Source: an uncultured Gammaproteobacteria bacterium
GTDB taxonomy: Bacteria; Patescibacteriota; Microgenomatia; Levybacterales; UBA12049
Length of the DNA stretch: 64,000 nucleotides
Reading direction: 5' to 3'
Assembly: GCA_965230895.1 (NCBI GenBank)
Contig: OZ246394.1
Coordinates: 1,185,887-1,249,886, forward strand
Both the position numbers and the translations under genes were made by a program. Below the pieces are notes generated by a model. The model did not search any database, was not told the origin of the DNA, and was given only the letters and a program-made list of their open reading frames with translations. Positions 18,156 to 28,366 of the stretch are shown piece after piece. Numbering within the stretch: the stretch's first letter is position 1; every line of letters begins with the position of its first letter.

Positions 18156-18695
18156 TTAATTGTTGAGGAGTGCTGCTGATAATGAAGATATTTGCTCTGC
18201 TCGTTGCTTTGCTTGGTTATATTTTTCTTGATCTTGAGAACGCAACGATTGCTCAAGCTCTTTTAACGCCAAACTATGCCTTTTGGTTGCTTTATTAATT
18301 CGCTCAGACAGTTCTTTAATGTTCATTCCCTCTTTCTGTGCTGCTTTCGCCTGAGTAATTGCATCCTCCAGATGCTGTTGTCCACTTGCTAGGGTTCCAC
18401 TAGCAAGTTCCGGATCATTTTTTTGCGTTATTAAAATATGTGTTGCTGCAAATTGCTTATCTGCCTGTAATAAGGCAAAATCAGCTTTTTCTAAAGGTTT
18501 TCCTTTAAAAAAGCTAACTAAATTATCTCGTGTTACTTTAAGAAAGTATAATGGATGATCAGGCAATAAACCCGTATATACTTCATCATATGCTGCAGAA
18601 TTAGAGGACACTTCTTCTGCAGAAACAGACGTCGTTGCAGTTTGAGAAATAAAAATGATAAGTAGACAACTTATTATGTATTTTAGATTTTTCAT
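18156..18695 (-). CDS. secreted coiled-coil protein (hypothetical)
   Basis: Signal peptide MKNLKYIISCLLIIFISQTATTSVSA; Q/A/K-rich helical remainder. Confidence 0.4.
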   Translation of the reverse strand: MKNLKYIISCLLIIFISQTATTSVSAEEVSSNSAAYDEVYTGLLPDHPLYFLKVTRDNLVSFFKGKPLEKADFALLQADKQFAATHILITQKNDPELASGTLASGQQHLEDAITQAKAAQKEGMNIKELSERINKATKRHSLALKELEQSLRSQDQEKYNQAKQRAEQISSLSAALLNN

Positions 18696-18698
18696 ATG

Positions 18699-19298
18699 TT
18701 ATTTTACCTTTAGTGCTTGTAAAACAAGTTCTAAACTTTCTTCTTGGTTATGCGAAAAACTATTGACCATTAAGTCATAATATTTCTTATCCCAGTAAAT
18801 CCAATTTTGGTCATTATTAACATATAATCTCCTCCATTTTGCAAGATTACCATGTTCACGATCTCGGACATCCATTTTTGCTTCTTCAACAGAGATATTT
18901 TTTCTATTTACCAAACGGTCTATGCGAACATCTTGTTTGTCTTCACCGTCTTCTTCGCAAATGACACCGATCTTAAATACATTAGGTATATCTTGAGCAA
19001 AAAAACCAGCTAAATGACTTTGAACCACTGCATGCTTGTCACTGCGTATCATCTCTTTTAACTTGTCGTCAAACCATAACTCATGACTATCTGGACGAGC
19101 ATTTACATCAACTTCATTTCCATGCAATTCTTCTTTGTAGAACTTTTCAACGAGTGCTCCTCCTTCCCAGAAGCTCCAACCCAGGTGATCTGCTATTTTT
19201 TGTGCCAATGTCGTAGCCCCAGTGGCAATGCGGCCTGAAACAGTAATAAGTCTAATATCAGGTATATCAACAGGTTTTATCATAAGATGTAAAAACAA
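18699..19298 (-). CDS. cytidylate-kinase-like family protein (degenerate P-loop)
   Basis: ITVSGRIATGATTLAQKIA P-loop-like segment without the canonical lysine; overall weak similarity to the (d)CMP kinase-like fold. Confidence 0.3.
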   Translation of the reverse strand: MFLHLMIKPVDIPDIRLITVSGRIATGATTLAQKIADHLGWSFWEGGALVEKFYKEELHGNEVDVNARPDSHELWFDDKLKEMIRSDKHAVVQSHLAGFFAQDIPNVFKIGVICEEDGEDKQDVRIDRLVNRKNISVEEAKMDVRDREHGNLAKWRRLYVNNDQNWIYWDKKYYDLMVNSFSHNQEESLELVLQALKVK

Positions 19299-19376
19299 AA
19301 ATCAAAACTTAAAAATAAGAGATGAATAGTATTATACTATACATCTTTGCTACTTATAACTTCTGATTTTAGTGTT

Positions 19377-20447
19377 TTATTGTTGTGGGGCAGTTTGAGG
19401 AGCAGATTTTCGTCCAACCATGATTGTTTCTTCAACTAATCGATTCGCATAGCCATATTCGTTGTCGTACCATACAACAACTTTCAACATGTTGCCACCA
19501 ACAATTTGCGTTAGCGATAAGTCAACAATACTTGAATGAGAATTACCGATAATGTCACTTGAGACAAGTGGATCTTCGGTTACTGCAAGAATTCCTTTGT
19601 AAGCAGGGTTTTCTGATTCCTGTCTGAAGATTTGGTTCACTTCGTCCTTGGTTGTATCTTTATTAAGAAGGAATGTAATATCAGAAAGTGAACCGACAGG
19701 AACTGGGACACGGAAAGAAACACCAGCAAAATTACCCTTTAAAGCAGGAAGCGCTTCTGTTGCAGCTATTGTTGCACCTGTGGAAGTCGGAATAATATTT
19801 AATCCAGCAGCACGAGCTCTTCGATAATCCTTATGCCCTCCATCATGAAGTCGCTGATCAGATGTGTATCCATGAATTGTTGTCATCATTGCTTTCTGAA
19901 TACCAAAATGATCCTGAATAATCTTTGATGGTGGTGTAATACAATTAGTAGTACATGAAGCATTACTAATGACTTGTTCTCCTGTGTACTTACTATCATT
20001 TACAGAAATAACATATGTTGGAATTGGCTCTCCATCTTTTGCAGGTGCTGATAATACTGCAGCTTTTGCACCAGCAGCAATATGCGCCTTAATCTTCTCC
20101 ATTGAGGTAAATGCTCCAGTAGATTCAATAACAACATCAACATTATGTTTTCCCCATGGAAGCAGTGTTGGGTCTTTTTGTGAATAGACAGGAATTTCTT
20201 TTCCTCCTACAATCAAATGTCCAAGAAAATCTTTTTGTGTTTCATCTGTATTTGGACGAACACTTACTTCTTGAGGAAGTAATCCATACACACTATCGTA
20301 TTTGAGGAGATACATCCAACCTTTAATATCTGTAGAATGACCAGCGTTAATAGCAGCTATTTCAATGTCTTCATTATGCCATTGGAGGATGACCCTGTGA
20401 GCGATACGTCCTATTCTTCCGTATCCATTAATCGCGACTCGAACCAT
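19377..20447 (-). CDS. gap: glyceraldehyde-3-phosphate dehydrogenase
   Basis: MVRVAINGYGRIGR NAD-binding motif; active site SCTTNC. Confidence 0.95.
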   Translation of the reverse strand: MVRVAINGYGRIGRIAHRVILQWHNEDIEIAAINAGHSTDIKGWMYLLKYDSVYGLLPQEVSVRPNTDETQKDFLGHLIVGGKEIPVYSQKDPTLLPWGKHNVDVVIESTGAFTSMEKIKAHIAAGAKAAVLSAPAKDGEPIPTYVISVNDSKYTGEQVISNASCTTNCITPPSKIIQDHFGIQKAMMTTIHGYTSDQRLHDGGHKDYRRARAAGLNIIPTSTGATIAATEALPALKGNFAGVSFRVPVPVGSLSDITFLLNKDTTKDEVNQIFRQESENPAYKGILAVTEDPLVSSDIIGNSHSSIVDLSLTQIVGGNMLKVVVWYDNEYGYANRLVEETIMVGRKSAPQTAPQQ

Positions 20448-20491
20448 ATAATATAGTATTATATAATCGACAAAAAATTACAATGGATCAT

Positions 20492-21388
20492 TCAGGATCT
20501 TTTTGTATACTTCTTCTTTCGTACTGCTAAGATAAAAATAATTATTCCTGTAACTAAAACAACAGCCTGCACACCCAAAACAATTGCCCCTACAGTATTT
20601 GTTGCGAACGTGTATCCTTCTGTATTTTTAGCATTTGAAAGCATGGTGTATGCATAGACAACAAATCCTTTTTTGTCGGTCATTTTCACTATTGGCGTGA
20701 CAATCGCTGGATCCGTTGTATATGTATGCACCGGGTTCTTTTGATTACTCTTTCCCCCTTCCCCAAAATCCCAAGCATATGCTGAAATTTCTGTAGAGGG
20801 TCTATTTTTGACACTTGCTTCAAATGCAATTGGCGCCTTCATATTTATTTCCTGGGATTCATTTCTGAATGTCTTCTGATTTGCAAGAACCGCTGGTTCA
20901 GGCAAAACATATGTATCGTTTGGAAAGACATTTAGCTGCACAATTTCAATAACTTGGGGTTTTGCGACAGAATCATCATTAAAGTCAGCATAAATTGTTA
21001 CCACTTTTGAACCGATGGTTTTATATGTGTGTTTTACTTCTGTACCTGTTGCTGTTGTTCCATCTCCCATATCCCATTTATAGGTAATTTTATTGAGAAC
21101 ATCATCTGCATAGACTTGTCTTAAAACGGGTGTATCGATGAGAAACGATATTTCTTTATTAACAGCATAACGGTCTACGGAAAGATCTTCTGGAACGACG
21201 AAACTCGTTGGGGCGACAGTTTCTTTACGTACAGGATTCATATCAGGAAATTTACCATCGATTCTTAGAAATGGAATTAAACCTTCTGCATGAGCACTCA
21301 CTTGCTGAACCGATGCACAAAAGAAAAATAAAAGGAGCAGTAACACTTTTCGCATATATCTATAGTACCAAAAAGGCGGATATTTCAC
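20492..21388 (-). CDS. secreted protein with C-terminal TM anchor (hypothetical)
   Basis: Signal peptide ending ...QQVSAHAEG; C-terminal hydrophobic anchor followed by KKKYTKRS. Confidence 0.4.
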   Translation of the reverse strand: MKYPPFWYYRYMRKVLLLLLFFFCASVQQVSAHAEGLIPFLRIDGKFPDMNPVRKETVAPTSFVVPEDLSVDRYAVNKEISFLIDTPVLRQVYADDVLNKITYKWDMGDGTTATGTEVKHTYKTIGSKVVTIYADFNDDSVAKPQVIEIVQLNVFPNDTYVLPEPAVLANQKTFRNESQEINMKAPIAFEASVKNRPSTEISAYAWDFGEGGKSNQKNPVHTYTTDPAIVTPIVKMTDKKGFVVYAYTMLSNAKNTEGYTFATNTVGAIVLGVQAVVLVTGIIIFILAVRKKKYTKRS

Positions 21389-21419
21389 CGCCTTTTCAAT
21401 TTGCTTTTAGTAAGAAACA

Positions 21420-22055
21420 TTAGTTCTTCTTCTTTTTACGTGTTTGATACAACGCTACTGAAGAGAGAGCAATAGCTGCTACACTAAGGACAAAAGAAAC
21501 TTTTGTTGGAAAACCTTCCTTACGAATATCTTGTTCCTCATCTTTCGGCGCTTGCGCTAGGTCATCAATGATGTTTGTCTGAGAATATGGACCTTTGTCG
21601 CCGCCCTCATCATCATGTCCTTTTGCTTTTGGATCTTGATCCCATGAAACAACAGTACCATCTTCATATGTTTGGTACGCTTTCCAAGCAACTGTTGTTG
21701 GCGACGCTGGGACTTGCGCACTGAACATAAATTCATCTCGCTGTCCTGCAGGAACTGTTCCACCAGTCCAAGTAATTTCAGTTACTTTTGCATCTTCCCC
21801 TTCGCCAGTTTTTTTGACATCAATTGTCCAACCAGGTTTCACGTTTGGCGTAACATATTTCAATCCATCTGGGATAACCAAACGAATTTCTGTCGTTGGA
21901 ATATCTTTTTCAACTGGGACACCAACGGTAAAGGTTTGAAATGCTGCAGCACCAACTTCATTTGGCTTTACTGTAACATGAGCAAATGCAGGTGTTGCAC
22001 TGAGCATTAAAGTTGAAATAACAATTGTACTAATTACGATTTTTTTGATTTGCAT
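21420..22055 (-). CDS. YcnI-like (DUF1775) copper-binding protein, membrane anchored
   Basis: After signal peptide the mature N-terminus is HVTVKPNEV (YcnI His-first signature); C-terminal TM then KKKKN. The track ORF N-terminal extension is probably not translated. Confidence 0.55.
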   Translation of the reverse strand: MQIKKIVISTIVISTLMLSATPAFAHVTVKPNEVGAAAFQTFTVGVPVEKDIPTTEIRLVIPDGLKYVTPNVKPGWTIDVKKTGEGEDAKVTEITWTGGTVPAGQRDEFMFSAQVPASPTTVAWKAYQTYEDGTVVSWDQDPKAKGHDDEGGDKGPYSQTNIIDDLAQAPKDEEQDIRKEGFPTKVSFVLSVAAIALSSVALYQTRKKKKN

Positions 22056-22116
22056 AAATATCACCTCCTTCCTATGAGGGATTACATACGAGGTATGTAT
22101 TACTAAAAGCTTGGGA

Positions 22117-22545
22117 TTAGAAACCTCGCGGAGGAGCGCGAGTAGATAGGAGAACAAAGGATGGATTCACAACAAAACTTGGAACAATTTCCTTTCTCTT
22201 ATAAAGAAGAGATACCAACGGACTGATAATAAAGAAAACAATTACTGTCGCAACTTGTGGCATACAACAAGGATGTTGCTCTAGTGATTGAGATTGATGA
22301 TGCATTTGCATCATCGGAATAAATGGAACAACATGCAAAAGTGCAAATACGAGTAAGATGGTTACTGCAAAATATTTTTGTTGTAACTTGGGGAGAAACA
22401 AAAGAAGTAAAGGCAGAACCAAAAGAATAATTGGGAGAATACTTATTGTATGGTGGTGGCCACTACCCGAGAGGAGAAAAACACTACTAACAACGAAATA
22501 AACAAAAAGGAGAAGCCAATGAGATTGTAGTATCTTTACGTTCAT
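22117..22545 (-). CDS. His-rich small polytopic membrane protein (hypothetical)
   Basis: 142 aa with about 4 TM helices; HHH and MQMHHQ His clusters suggest metal binding. Confidence 0.35.
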   Translation of the reverse strand: MNVKILQSHWLLLFVYFVVSSVFLLSGSGHHHTISILPIILLVLPLLLLFLPKLQQKYFAVTILLVFALLHVVPFIPMMQMHHQSQSLEQHPCCMPQVATVIVFFIISPLVSLLYKRKEIVPSFVVNPSFVLLSTRAPPRGF

Positions 22546-23081
22546 TTAGTTTTTTTCTTTCGACTGAGAACAAGCCCCACAATTATAACAACCGCTGCGA
22601 CTAAAATAATATACTTTACGTTTTGGTTTTCGTCTCCTGTTCTTTCGGAAACAGCCGACGCTTCTCGCTCCACTCGAATATCCCAATTTAAGTTGAATGG
22701 TTCAAAATCGTCTTGAGTTATTGGAGTTCCTGAAACTGAAACTGTATAAATTCCCTTTTGCGGAAATGTGTAATAGACGCTTACATCCTCAAGGCTTGGA
22801 CTTGAAGAATTTTGAAATAATGATTGTGAATTTAACTCTTGACCGTTTTGCTTAACAGAAAAAATACAATTACATTTTGCTGGAGAAAAAGCATTTTTAG
22901 TATCTTTAAATTCGAAAAAAAATCCACTCTCTTGTCCAGCTATCGGATCATCTTCAGGATTGATATGAATTACTGCACCAATAGATCCATCCGTTTTTAA
23001 AACATGTGCGAGTGCATTTTGTAACGGGAACATCAAAGAAAAAATACTCAAAAAACTCACTAGTAAAAATACTTTTTTCAT
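22542..23081 (-). CDS. secreted/anchored protein with N-terminal His after signal peptide (possible Cu-binding)
   Basis: Signal peptide ...NALAHVLKTDGS; C-terminal TM then RKKKTK; 4 nt overlaps with both neighbours (operon). Confidence 0.4.
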   Translation of the reverse strand: MKKVFLLVSFLSIFSLMFPLQNALAHVLKTDGSIGAVIHINPEDDPIAGQESGFFFEFKDTKNAFSPAKCNCIFSVKQNGQELNSQSLFQNSSSPSLEDVSVYYTFPQKGIYTVSVSGTPITQDDFEPFNLNWDIRVEREASAVSERTGDENQNVKYIILVAAVVIIVGLVLSRKKKTK

Positions 23082-23090
23082 AATAAAAAT

Positions 23091-24656
23091 TTATTTTACG
23101 TCTATCGTATAGTCCGCAACAATCCGCTGTCCATCAGGATTAAATTCTGCAAAGACTCGATAGACTCCAGGACGAATTGGATCAGTTAATGTCATCGGCA
23201 TGAATGTCACTTCTGGACCACCATTTGCATTTGGCCCAAACGAAACGCCTAATGGATGCACATGTAAGTAAGCGTAACTTGCTTGATGGATCATAACCAA
23301 ATGGCCAAATGCTCCAAGATATGGCTTTAATGTTCGAACCGGTTTTTTGGTTTGAGCATCTTTTACTGTAAACGTCATTGTCTGATTGCCAAGCATCATA
23401 TCTTTTGCATTAAGCGCCTTATCCATTGATAATGTTATTTCATATTTACCAAAGTTTTTTGTCGTATTTGTATCAACTTTTTGTTCTGAACGCTGAGCTA
23501 GTATTTGATCAGTCGATCCGACATTCATACTAAAACCAACCTGTTGCTCGACTGCTCCGACAGGTTGATATGACAGATATGCACGATAGACTCCAGGCTT
23601 TGGAAAAGTAGTTGTTATAGTAAATGTATTGCCATTTCGTTGCGGATGAATATGCTCAAAATAATTTAATTCATCATTAACGACAACTAAGTGCGCTTCT
23701 TTTTCATAAATCTTTTTATAAAGATTTACTGGACTACCATTCGTTGCGTTATACAGTACAAACTTTAATTCTGTATTTTGATTTGGAAGAATCTGTTCTG
23801 GTTTTTCTAATCCAACTGTGTAGCGTAATGTTTTATCTCCTTGCATACTAGCAAGCAATGGACTTTCTATCCCCGATGATTGTTGCTGTTCAAGTTGTTG
23901 TAAATGTTTCGAATGGAGGCCAAAAGAAACTGCTCCTTGTTGCGGAAAGAAAACAAAATATCCTCCGAGAACAATTACTGAAACAAGTATCATAGATGCA
24001 TAATTAAACTGCGGATTGAGCGAGAATTTCTTTTGCAGAAAAGCATCGACGCGCAATGCCTCGAGGAAAAAGAGAAATGCCAACGCTACAAAAGTAATCA
24101 TTGGGATTAAAGAAGATATTTCTTGATAATGCGTTCCTAAAAGGAGCATATGAATAAGCACAAGTATTCCAGCAACGTACACAAACCGTTGGAGAATTTT
24201 CCAACGAGGAAATGTCATCTTTTTAATAACAGCATCAAATGAAGTAATTGCCTGAAAAAATAAAATGATTAACGCAATAAAGCTACTACTCAACGCTAAT
24301 ACATAATTTGTTGTGAGGAATGAAATTCCTGTAAAACCACCGAGTTGTCCAAAAAAGGCAATAACGCCATGCAGTGCAGCAAAATAAAATGAAGAGACAC
24401 CGAGTGCACGACGCGCTTTGAGGTATTGCTTGCCCCAGGAAAAATCAGGGAACATGTAGACAAACGGACCAGCAAGAAGCGCAAAATACAGGTACGTGAC
24501 AGAGACTAGTCCATAGATTTGATTGAGGCGAATTGTCTGTAATTGTCCGTCAGGAATTGTAGTGACAATAATTACATTAAGAGTAAACGAAAGGACGACA
24601 CTAAAAACTAAAATATAAAATCGAATATTACGAAATAAATCACTCATGAAGCTCAT
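23091..24656 (-). CDS. ferric-reductase-like (MsrQ/YedZ-type) heme-binding TM domain fused to two extracytoplasmic beta-sandwich repeats (YtkA/CopC-like?)
   Basis: N-terminal 6-TM region with conserved His in TM helices (ALHGVIAFFG, LIHMLLLGTHY). Two C-terminal repeats share HxHP and PGVYR motifs. Confidence 0.45.
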   Translation of the reverse strand: MSFMSDLFRNIRFYILVFSVVLSFTLNVIIVTTIPDGQLQTIRLNQIYGLVSVTYLYFALLAGPFVYMFPDFSWGKQYLKARRALGVSSFYFAALHGVIAFFGQLGGFTGISFLTTNYVLALSSSFIALIILFFQAITSFDAVIKKMTFPRWKILQRFVYVAGILVLIHMLLLGTHYQEISSLIPMITFVALAFLFFLEALRVDAFLQKKFSLNPQFNYASMILVSVIVLGGYFVFFPQQGAVSFGLHSKHLQQLEQQQSSGIESPLLASMQGDKTLRYTVGLEKPEQILPNQNTELKFVLYNATNGSPVNLYKKIYEKEAHLVVVNDELNYFEHIHPQRNGNTFTITTTFPKPGVYRAYLSYQPVGAVEQQVGFSMNVGSTDQILAQRSEQKVDTNTTKNFGKYEITLSMDKALNAKDMMLGNQTMTFTVKDAQTKKPVRTLKPYLGAFGHLVMIHQASYAYLHVHPLGVSFGPNANGGPEVTFMPMTLTDPIRPGVYRVFAEFNPDGQRIVADYTIDVK

Positions 24657-25839
24657 TCAATCATACAAAAACTCCTCATTAATGCAAAGCATGAATGCTA
24701 TAATACAAGCACTTCCTATGCAAAAATTGATTCGGACAGTCTGCGCAGCGATTTTTACAATCGTTTTTCTCCTTACAGCGCTCCCCGTTCATGCGCAAAC
24801 TGCACCGCCAGATTCTAAACCAAAAGAAGAAGTAAGTAAAGCAAAAGTGCTGAAAGTTCTCGAAGAGGGACAAAAAGATATTGGTGGACAAAAGCAACTC
24901 TATCAGAAAGTTGAGATACAGTTCTTAGACGGAGCAGAAAAAGATAAAAAACTCACAATAACACATGGAGACATCACAACAATACGTGAAGAGCAAAAAG
25001 TAAAGCAAGACCAAACGGTTGTCGTCCTTAAAACATCATCGCCACAAACAACGCTTTATCAAATTGTTGATACGTATCGTTTGACTAGCTTAATTCCAAT
25101 CGTTGTTTTCTTCCTTTTATTAGTCATAGCAATAAGTAGATGGAAGGGACTTGGCTCGTTGATTGGATTGGCAATTAGTTTCTTAGTCATTGTCAATTTC
25201 ATCGTTCCAAATATTTTGGCAGGAGATGATCCTTTAACAACGAGTATCGTTGGCTCCCTTTTCATCATGGTTACTACTATTTATATATCGCATGGGTTTA
25301 ATCAAAAAACACATATCGCATTGATGGCAACATGCATTTCTTTAGTCCTTACGGGCGTTCTTGCATATATATTTGTAAATGCCACTTCATTAACAGGACT
25401 TGGGAGCGAAGATGCAACAAGTTTGATCTATGGACCAACCAGCAATATTAACTTCCAAGGATTATTACTCGGCGGGATTATCATCGGTACACTTGGAGTC
25501 CTCGATGATATAACTACCGGATTGTCTTCGGCGATGCAAGAACTTGCGAGAGCAAATCCAAAATTTCAATTCAAACAGCTCTTTGGAAGTGGGCTCCGTA
25601 TTGGAAGTGACCATATTGCATCCTTGGTAAATACACTTGCGCTTGCATATGCTGGTGCAGGATTGCCACTCTTCTTATTTATAGTTCTTAATCCAAGCAA
25701 TCAGCCACTTTGGTTTATTCTTAATAGTGAAATGCTCGTCGAAGAAATCATTAGAACATTGGCAGGGAGTATCGGACTTATTTTGGCAGTACCGTTAACA
25801 GCTATTCTTGCAGCATGGGCATTTCAAAGGAAAACCTGA
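24646..25839 (+). CDS. YibE/F family membrane protein
   Basis: Multi-TM protein with GVLDDITTGLSSAMQE motif typical of YibE/F; start likely at an internal Met (divergent 10 nt overlap with the neighbour). Confidence 0.65.
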   Translation: MKLIQSYKNSSLMQSMNAIIQALPMQKLIRTVCAAIFTIVFLLTALPVHAQTAPPDSKPKEEVSKAKVLKVLEEGQKDIGGQKQLYQKVEIQFLDGAEKDKKLTITHGDITTIREEQKVKQDQTVVVLKTSSPQTTLYQIVDTYRLTSLIPIVVFFLLLVIAISRWKGLGSLIGLAISFLVIVNFIVPNILAGDDPLTTSIVGSLFIMVTTIYISHGFNQKTHIALMATCISLVLTGVLAYIFVNATSLTGLGSEDATSLIYGPTSNINFQGLLLGGIIIGTLGVLDDITTGLSSAMQELARANPKFQFKQLFGSGLRIGSDHIASLVNTLALAYAGAGLPLFLFIVLNPSNQPLWFILNSEMLVEEIIRTLAGSIGLILAVPLTAILAAWAFQRKT

Positions 25840-25898
25840 CAATACAAATGTCCCAAAAATGTCCAGCAATCCTTACATAGCATTTTTATAATAGGAAC

Positions 25899-27191
25899 AT
25901 GTCTTCACACAACCCTTGGCAAAGAGCAAAAAAACAATTAACAAAAACAAGTGAACATTTAAAACTTGACCCACTTCTTCTAGCACATCTCATTGAACCC
26001 GAAAAAGTAATTGAAGTATCACTTCCTTTAAAGAGAGATAATGGCGAAGTGCAAACAATAAAGGGTTACCGTGTACAACATAATAGTCATCATGGGCCAT
26101 ATAAAGGCGGGCTTCGTTTTCATCCCGACGTTTCAATGGACGAAGTGAAGGCACTCGCCTTCTGGATGACAGTTAAAACAGCGCTTATTGATATTCCATT
26201 TGGCGGTGGGAAAGGCGGAATTACCGTCGATCCGAAAACACTTTCTGAATCCGAGCTTGAACGACTAACAAGAATCTTTACCCGTAGACTTTCTCATGCA
26301 ATCGGTCCTGATAAAGATATCCCTGCACCTGATGTAAATACAAATGGCAAAATTATGTCGTGGATTGTAGATGAGTACAGCAAAATTGTTGGAAAACATA
26401 CTCCAGGTGTTGTGACTGGAAAACCAATTGAGCATGGTGGTTCCGAAGGAAGAACTGAAGCAACTGGACTCGGTGGATGTTATGCCCTTTTAGAGATAGT
26501 AAAACGCGAAAAACTTGACCCATCAAAATTAACTGTAGCTGTTCAAGGTTTTGGAAATGTTGGATATTATGCTGCATATTTCCTCCAGAAGAATGGCTTT
26601 AAAGTAGTTGCTCTCTCGGATTCAAAAGGTGGAATCTATATCCCAAATGGATTAGCAGATATCGAACAAATTGAGCGGTGTAAAAAAGAAAAAGGGTACC
26701 TTGCAGGATGTTATTGTGTCGGATCTGTTTGTGATATTCGTTATAAAGATAAAGTAAAAGGACAAGATATTTCTCCAAGTGACATCCTCGAATTACCAGT
26801 AGACATCATAGTCCCCTCTGCTTTAGAGAATGTTATAACAAAAGATAATGCTTATCGTATTAAAGCAAATATTATTTTAGAAATGGCGAATGGTCCGACA
26901 ACAACTGAAGCAGATGAGATACTTCAAGCAAACAACAAAATAGTTATTCCGGATATTCTTGCAAATTCTGGTGGTGTTGCGGTAAGTTATTTTGAATGGT
27001 ATCAAAATATCCATAATGAACAATGGACAAAAGAAAAAGTTTTCAAACAGTTAGAAGAAAAAATGAGAAAAGCAGTTGATGAAGTATACGAGACGGCAAA
27101 CAAAAGCAATGTTTCCCTCCGAGATGCAGCATATCTCGTCGCCATCAAACGCCTCGATAAAACCTGGAGAAAGAATAATCAAGTTAATTAA
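25899..27191 (+). CDS. gdhA: glutamate dehydrogenase (Glu/Leu/Phe/Val dehydrogenase family)
   Basis: KGGLRFHPDV and PFGGGKGGI catalytic-region motifs; 430 aa. Confidence 0.9.
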   Translation: MSSHNPWQRAKKQLTKTSEHLKLDPLLLAHLIEPEKVIEVSLPLKRDNGEVQTIKGYRVQHNSHHGPYKGGLRFHPDVSMDEVKALAFWMTVKTALIDIPFGGGKGGITVDPKTLSESELERLTRIFTRRLSHAIGPDKDIPAPDVNTNGKIMSWIVDEYSKIVGKHTPGVVTGKPIEHGGSEGRTEATGLGGCYALLEIVKREKLDPSKLTVAVQGFGNVGYYAAYFLQKNGFKVVALSDSKGGIYIPNGLADIEQIERCKKEKGYLAGCYCVGSVCDIRYKDKVKGQDISPSDILELPVDIIVPSALENVITKDNAYRIKANIILEMANGPTTTEADEILQANNKIVIPDILANSGGVAVSYFEWYQNIHNEQWTKEKVFKQLEEKMRKAVDEVYETANKSNVSLRDAAYLVAIKRLDKTWRKNNQVN

Positions 27192-27320
27192 ATTACTATA
27201 TTCACAGTATGCGTATCGGAGTGTATAATAGAGAAGTCTTCTCATTTAAAAATTGATTCACATGAATGTAGTTGACAACTCTGCCCCAATTGTAATTCAA
27301 TAAAGAAAGAGGCTACCACT

Positions 27321-28334
27321 ATGAACATCCCAACAGTGACCCACAACGGGCTATCATTTATTAACTTAAGTAAACCAACAGCCGAACAGCTTCAATTTTT
27401 GAATAAGAATTTCGGATTTAGCTTGTTGAACCTTGAAGACTATCTTTATAAAACTCAGATTCCAAAGATTGAAGTAGATAAGGATTATACCCTCTTTGTG
27501 ATGGACGTCCCTCACTACCCACAATCTCGGTCAAAACCGCAAACTACGACACAAAAGAACGCAGCATTAACAAACGTATTATCAAATCGTGTCGCTTTAC
27601 CGTCATTCACAAAAGGTGGAAAAAGAAAGAGGATTAATATTGGTGAAGTCGATTTCTTTATCGGAAAGGATTACTTAGTTATCCTACACGACGAAAGAAC
27701 TCCACAAATTGATGACATCTTCGAGATGTGCAAAATTTCATCAAAGCATCGAGAAGATCTCATGGCAAAAGGCGCAAATTACCTTTTTTATCGTATCGCG
27801 GACATACTCATTGATTCTTCTTTCGCATACGCAGAAGATATCGCAAGTACAATCGATTACATTGATCGACAGCTTGAAGAAACAAGAGGTAATGCTTTAA
27901 TTGAAGACATTTCCATCACAAGACGCAATATTGTCGTCTTCGAAACAATGATTAAACCACTTCTTCCTATCTTTGCTGACCTGGAAAAAGGAAGATATTC
28001 CCAATTAAATGGAACAATGGCTGATTATTGGTCCAACCTTTTAGACCATTTGCAAAAGATTTGGGAACGACTTGAAGATAACAAAGAATTGATTGCAGGC
28101 ATTTCAAGCAGTAATGAGTCCATCCTTTCAAATAGGAACAACGAATTAGTTAAATTCCTCACAGTAATTACATCAATTTCATTTCCGTTTGTTATTGTAA
28201 ATAATCTCTATTCTATGAACGTAAATGGCCTTCCGTATTCAGATCAACCGTGGATTGTAGTAGTACTTTTCTTCCTTATTTTTGCAGGAGGAATCTCAAT
28301 TATTACCTACTTCAAATACAAAGACTGGTTATAA
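27321..28334 (+). CDS. corA: CorA-family divalent cation transporter (variant SMN motif)
   Basis: Cytoplasmic N-domain plus two C-terminal TM helices with YSMNVNGLP in place of the YGMN signature. Confidence 0.55.
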   Translation: MNIPTVTHNGLSFINLSKPTAEQLQFLNKNFGFSLLNLEDYLYKTQIPKIEVDKDYTLFVMDVPHYPQSRSKPQTTTQKNAALTNVLSNRVALPSFTKGGKRKRINIGEVDFFIGKDYLVILHDERTPQIDDIFEMCKISSKHREDLMAKGANYLFYRIADILIDSSFAYAEDIASTIDYIDRQLEETRGNALIEDISITRRNIVVFETMIKPLLPIFADLEKGRYSQLNGTMADYWSNLLDHLQKIWERLEDNKELIAGISSSNESILSNRNNELVKFLTVITSISFPFVIVNNLYSMNVNGLPYSDQPWIVVVLFFLIFAGGISIITYFKYKDWL

Positions 28335-28337
28335 ATC

Positions 28338-28366
28338 CTGAAATAGTCAGGATTTTTTTTCCTTTG
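28338..28366 (+). terminator. rho-independent terminator after corA
   Basis: AATCCTGAAATAGTCAGGATT hairpin followed by T8. Confidence 0.6.
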
